NCBI GenBank assembly: GCA_964016885.1
Contig: OZ024741.1
Location: forward strand, 218,302,001 to 218,366,000
Length of the DNA: 64,000 nucleotides
Direction: 5' to 3'
Source: Eledone cirrhosa
Lineage: Eukaryota
Shown one piece after another: positions 59,762 to 64,000 of the stretch. Both the position numbers and the translations under genes were made by a program. Position 1 is the stretch's first letter; each line of letters opens with the position of its first letter. Under the pieces are notes generated by a model that saw nothing but the letters and a program-made list of their open reading frames with translations, made no database searches and was not told where the DNA came from.

Positions 59762-60576
59762 AGTAATGGTTTATGATTTAGGTACAAGGCCAGCCATTTT
59801 GGGAGCAGGGAAAGTCGATTAAATCGACTCCAATACGTTACTGGTACTTGTGCCTATATAAAAAAAATCCATTATTATTATGGTTTATGGGCGGTGGATT
59901 GGCAGTATCGGTAGAGGGTCGGACGCCATGTTTCCAGCATAGTTACGTCCCTTTACGATCTGAGTTCAAATCCCGCCGAGGTTGACTTTGCCTTTCAACC
60001 TTACGGGGTCGATAAAATAAAGTACCAGTAATGCACTGGGTAATTGCTGGCCTTGTGCCTAAAGTAGAAACAATTATTATTATGGTTTATGATTTAGGCA
60101 CGTGGCCAACAATTTTGGGGACAGGGAAGGTCGATTAAATCGACTCCAATGCATTACTGGTACTTTATTTTATCGACCCCGTAAGGATGAAAGGTAAAGC
60201 TAACTCAGAACGCAAAGGGCCATAACTCGATGCTGGAAAGCATGGTGCCCAACGCTCTACCGATTCTGCTAATCCATCGCCCTTGTGCAGTAATAATTGT
60301 TTCTATTTTTGGCACAAGGCCAGCAATTACCCCAGTGCATTACTGGTACTTTATTTTATCGACCCTGTAAGGAAGGCAAAGTTAACCTTAGCGTTATTTG
60401 AACTCAGACCGTAAAGGGGCGTAATTCTATGCTGCAAAGCATAGCGTCCGGCCCTCTACCGATACTGCCAATCCACTACCCTTGTGCAGTATTAATTGTT
60501 TTTTTCTTTTGGCACAAGACCAGCAAATACCCAGTACATTACTGGTACTTTATTTTATCGACCCCGTAAGGATGAA
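59762..60576. mobile_element. SINE family A cluster in mixed orientation (plus copy 59888-60080 among minus copies)
   Basis: Core motifs on both strands; attattatggtttatg duplicated around the plus copy. Confidence 0.88.
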
Positions 60577-60639
60577 AGAATAAACAACGGAAAGGGGTAT
60601 AGATATAATTTTATCGTATTAACTGTGTGTGTGATTATA

Positions 60640-60740
60640 CAGGGTATCACAAAAAAATGTATACATACTATGATTACATGTACAGGCAATATTTATTAGA
60701 ATGCTGTTGAAGTGTGTATACATTTTTGCGGAACACCCTG
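60640..60740. mobile_element. Tc1/mariner-type MITE, 101 bp
   Basis: TIR cagggtatcacaaaaaaatgtatacatact / agtgtgtatacatttttgcggaacaccctg; TA TSD on both sides. Confidence 0.82.
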
Positions 60741-61731
60741 TAGAATCTCAAAGTAGGGAATTTACTAAGCTGTGTCGCTGAGCCAGCAGAGCTGGTCAGT
60801 GCGTCTGTGTGTGTCTCTGTGGATACATGATGAAGCTAGCGAGGTAGATTGTTTGAGACAGAGCTGAGAAATAGTGAACTGTGACAACTAGGGACAAAAT
60901 CTCTTGCTTTTAGTGTCCAGCCTATTGGGTGTCCAGAAAACATTAAATACTTGGCTCTTGATAATTTCCTTTTAAACAAAGACTGATAATATCAATGGTG
61001 ACATTGTTAGCTGAAATAAAGGAATTGGTGTCTCGGTTAGTCTGAGGTTCAAGGTCAGTGTGTGGACTGAGGTTTCAAGGTCAGTGTGTGTTGATAATAC
61101 AACCACTTGAGAATATGGCAACAATCTCCGGTTTCGCTACACATTTACACTTACACACACACACACACACACACACACACTCATTTACACGCACACACAC
61201 ATACGTTCACACACACACAAACACATACACTTACACACACACACACACTTACACAAACACACATTTACACACACACATACACTTACACACACACTTACAC
61301 TTACACATACACACACACACATGCACACACACTCACAGTTATACACACACATACACGCACACACACACTCACACACACAGTTACACTTACACACATACAC
61401 ACACTTACACAACACACACACTTACACTTACACACACTTACACACACATTTGCACATACACACTCACTTACACACACACATACTTTCACACACACATACA
61501 CTTACACACGCACACACACTTACACACACACACATTTACACACACATACTTACACACACACACACTTTCACACACACACGCACATACACACACACATATA
61601 TATATATTCATGCTAGTATGTAACTATAGTTATAGACGGTGCGCCGTTTGAAGCACTCGATGCTGTCTCGAGGTCCGTCTCGTGTTGGGTTGTATGCCAA
61701 AGTTAAGTGGAGTGTAGTGTTCAGAGTGTAA

Positions 61732-61909
61732 ATAAAGTAAGTAGGATCGAAGCCACTGTTGCAGCATATATATAGACTTTATTGGCATATTACTGTTATT
61801 TCAGTATCGATGAGCTCAGGGTAGAATCATAATAACCGGGGCCCGACTCTTTCTCGACATCTCGTATAAGCGAATGCCGCAGCAGTGACTTCGATCCTAC
61901 TTACTTTAT
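61732..61909. mobile_element. Short PLE-like end with 36-bp inverted termini and a decayed hammerhead (family of 51012-51149)
   Basis: Arms 61732-61767 and 61874-61909; reverse complement ..acga-gatgtcga...tcgatact-GAAA..atatgcc-AATAAA. Confidence 0.6.
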
Positions 61910-61920
61910 ATATATATATA

Positions 61921-62370
61921 TACTGGCAGAGGTACCCGGCGTTGCTCGGGTATTAAATAGCAGTTGTGTATACCATTTATGTCAATACTTCAGTGCTGCT
62001 TCGAAAACTATACTTTTACAAAATCATCGGCTTTTTCCAAAAGGGGGTTCCTGCCCCCAGGGGTCCCCTACTCAATATGTGCCAATTCTCAGAGTTCTCA
62101 TTCATCTGTAGAACAAACGTAGCCCATGTGTCAAGTTTTGTGAAAATCGGTTGCCAACTCCAGATGTTATGACGTTTTGTTGCATTGCACTGCAGTGCTT
62201 CAGTCGACTCCAAGGAAACAGTTGAAGGGGGTTATCTGCCGGGAGGCCCTATAACCAATATCTGAAAAAATAAAAGTGCCCATGACCATCCAGAGTACAT
62301 AAGTAACCTATGTCTTAAGTTTGGTGAAAATACTGTAGAAATGCATAAGGTTTACACACACACACACGCG
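61921..62370 (+). mobile_element. Probable non-autonomous Helitron/Helentron-like element
   Basis: Start tactggcagaggtacccggcgttgctcggg with subterminal palindrome; internal aagtttt/ggtgaaaat core repeats; ends in (CA)n. Confidence 0.55.
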
Positions 62371-62804
62371 CGCGTTTATGTGTGTGTTTGTGTGTGTGTG
62401 CGTGTGTGTGTGTATGTTTGTGTGTGTGTATGTATTTGTGTGTGCGCATGTATATGTATGTGTATGTCCGTCGGGCATACGTATGTACTGGCCTAAATCT
62501 TCACTATTTACTTTTACTATTTTAATAACCTCTGTCAATTTCGTTTTCAATTTTATTTACATTCTTAAACTCCGGGGCTGGAAATCATTCGGTTATTTTA
62601 AATAGAATATTAGTCTAACCACTCCATTTATACCATAAACTTGGTCTTGTCTTTACATGAAATTGTTCTTCTCGATCCACATAACGACGTATTATCCTCC
62701 CTTTTTTTCCGTTCATTACCACGGAACGTCTTCACGAAACAAAATATGGTCTTCCTGTTTTCCTTCGGTTGCAACGTTTCTCGAAATATTTACTTCTGCG
62801 TTCA

Positions 62805-62878
62805 CAGATTAAATTTTTTAGTTTCAGAAGATCCCGTTAATGTTGAAAGCAGCGATTCTTTGCTTAAATTTTAATCTG
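62805..62878 (+). ncRNA. Hammerhead-like fold, CAGAAGA-core family (copy 3)
   Basis: cagatt..agttt-CAGAAGA-tcccgttaatgtt-GAAA-gcagcgattctttgc-tt-aaatt-ttaatctg, then AATAAA and (TA)n. Confidence 0.5.
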
Positions 62879-62898
62879 TTCTTTTAATAAATATATAC

Positions 62899-62980
<82 letters not shown>

Positions 62981-62984
<4 letters not shown>

Positions 62985-63319
62985 AAAAATTGAACGGGAA
63001 CAAAACAGAGAGGCAGTACGAACAAAGGTTTATTAGTTTCACGCTCTTGAGAGTGGGGTGGTGGTGGGGAACGACGTTTCGGGCATAAGCCCTTCTTCAG
63101 GTGAAAAGTGTGTGGGAAGAGAGTTCCAAGGGTGTGTAGGGGAGTGGTGGAGAGACATATAGAAAAAAGGGGGTGAGAGGAAACGGTACAAATGAAATTA
63201 AATATAAAAGCATAATAAAAATAAAAATAAACATGAAGTAAAACAGGTGGTGGAAGGAGGTGGGGCGTGTAGGCGTGGTGGCGGGTGGAGTGGGGAGAGG
63301 GGCGGGGAGGGCTGAAGGT

Positions 63320-63373
<54 letters not shown>

Positions 63374-64000
63374 TAAGAGTTTGGGGAAGAACGGGGTTGC
63401 ATGTTCAGGAAAAGGTGTTGGTAGGGTGGGATGTAGGTCGGTGCGTGTGTGGATGGGGAGGGGTCAGAGGGGTGGGGGAGAGGATTCCGGAGGCTGAGTG
63501 TGTAAATATGTGGTGGTACGCACGTGTGTGTGGTGTTTATACGTGTTGTGTATGTAGGTGGCGTGTGGGAAAAACATTTTTTTGAGTGTATGTCAGTGGG
63601 TGAGTCCTTAAGGTAGTTCCCTAGAGGATGTGGTGGAATGCTGGGTAATTTCCTTGGGATGTGGTTGATTCTTGGGAGCGATGTCCAATGTGTGTAATCC
63701 GTGGTTGGGTTGGTCGGAAGAGGGGTGATGTGGGTGCGCGCGCAACAGGAAGTGGTCAGAGGGTCAAGGCAGGAGGAGGGTTGTGTGTCTGTGTGTGCGG
63801 GGAGGTGGTCAGAGATTCAGGGCATATCAGCAGTCGGGGAGAATGGTAAGTGAAGAAAGTCGGTGCGTCAGTGTGTGCGGAGGTGCGGTGGACAGGGGAG
63901 AGGATGGGTAGGTGTGAAAGTTGGAGTGAGGAGGAGGTGTGTAATAGTAGAGGTGTTAGTGGGATGTGTGTGTGTGTGAGAAAGGGTGTGGGTGGAGCGG
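62981..64000 (-). mobile_element. Second copy of the Neptune-type PLE 3' UTR with HHR core at ~63073-63100; continues beyond the window
   Basis: Reverse complement is homologous to ~8800-9856, with an identical ctgaagaagggcttatgcccgaaacgtcgtt. Confidence 0.9.

Overview
Repeat-saturated, apparently intergenic or intronic animal genomic DNA. The SINE families and very high (TA)n/(CA)n/(GA)n content suggest an octopus-like cephalopod, which is an inference. I found no convincing host protein-coding gene, and nearly all ORFs in the track are microsatellite artefacts. The window holds dozens of tRNA-derived SINE copies and remnants of CRE, R4/Dong, Tx1, RTE and L2/CR1-group LINEs. It also holds Penelope-like element (PLE) GIY-YIG remnants, three DNA-transposon MITEs and several satellites (36, 44, 56, 58, 88 and 16 bp units). 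The most striking hidden signal is about 15 type I hammerhead-ribozyme (HHR) folds or relics from about 8 sequence families. Most lie just upstream of an AATAAA-like signal and a terminus fused to (TA)n, often as tail-out inverted pairs or fold-backs. Some have non-canonical cores, notably CAGAAGA in three copies. All ribozyme folds were paired by eye and are untested.
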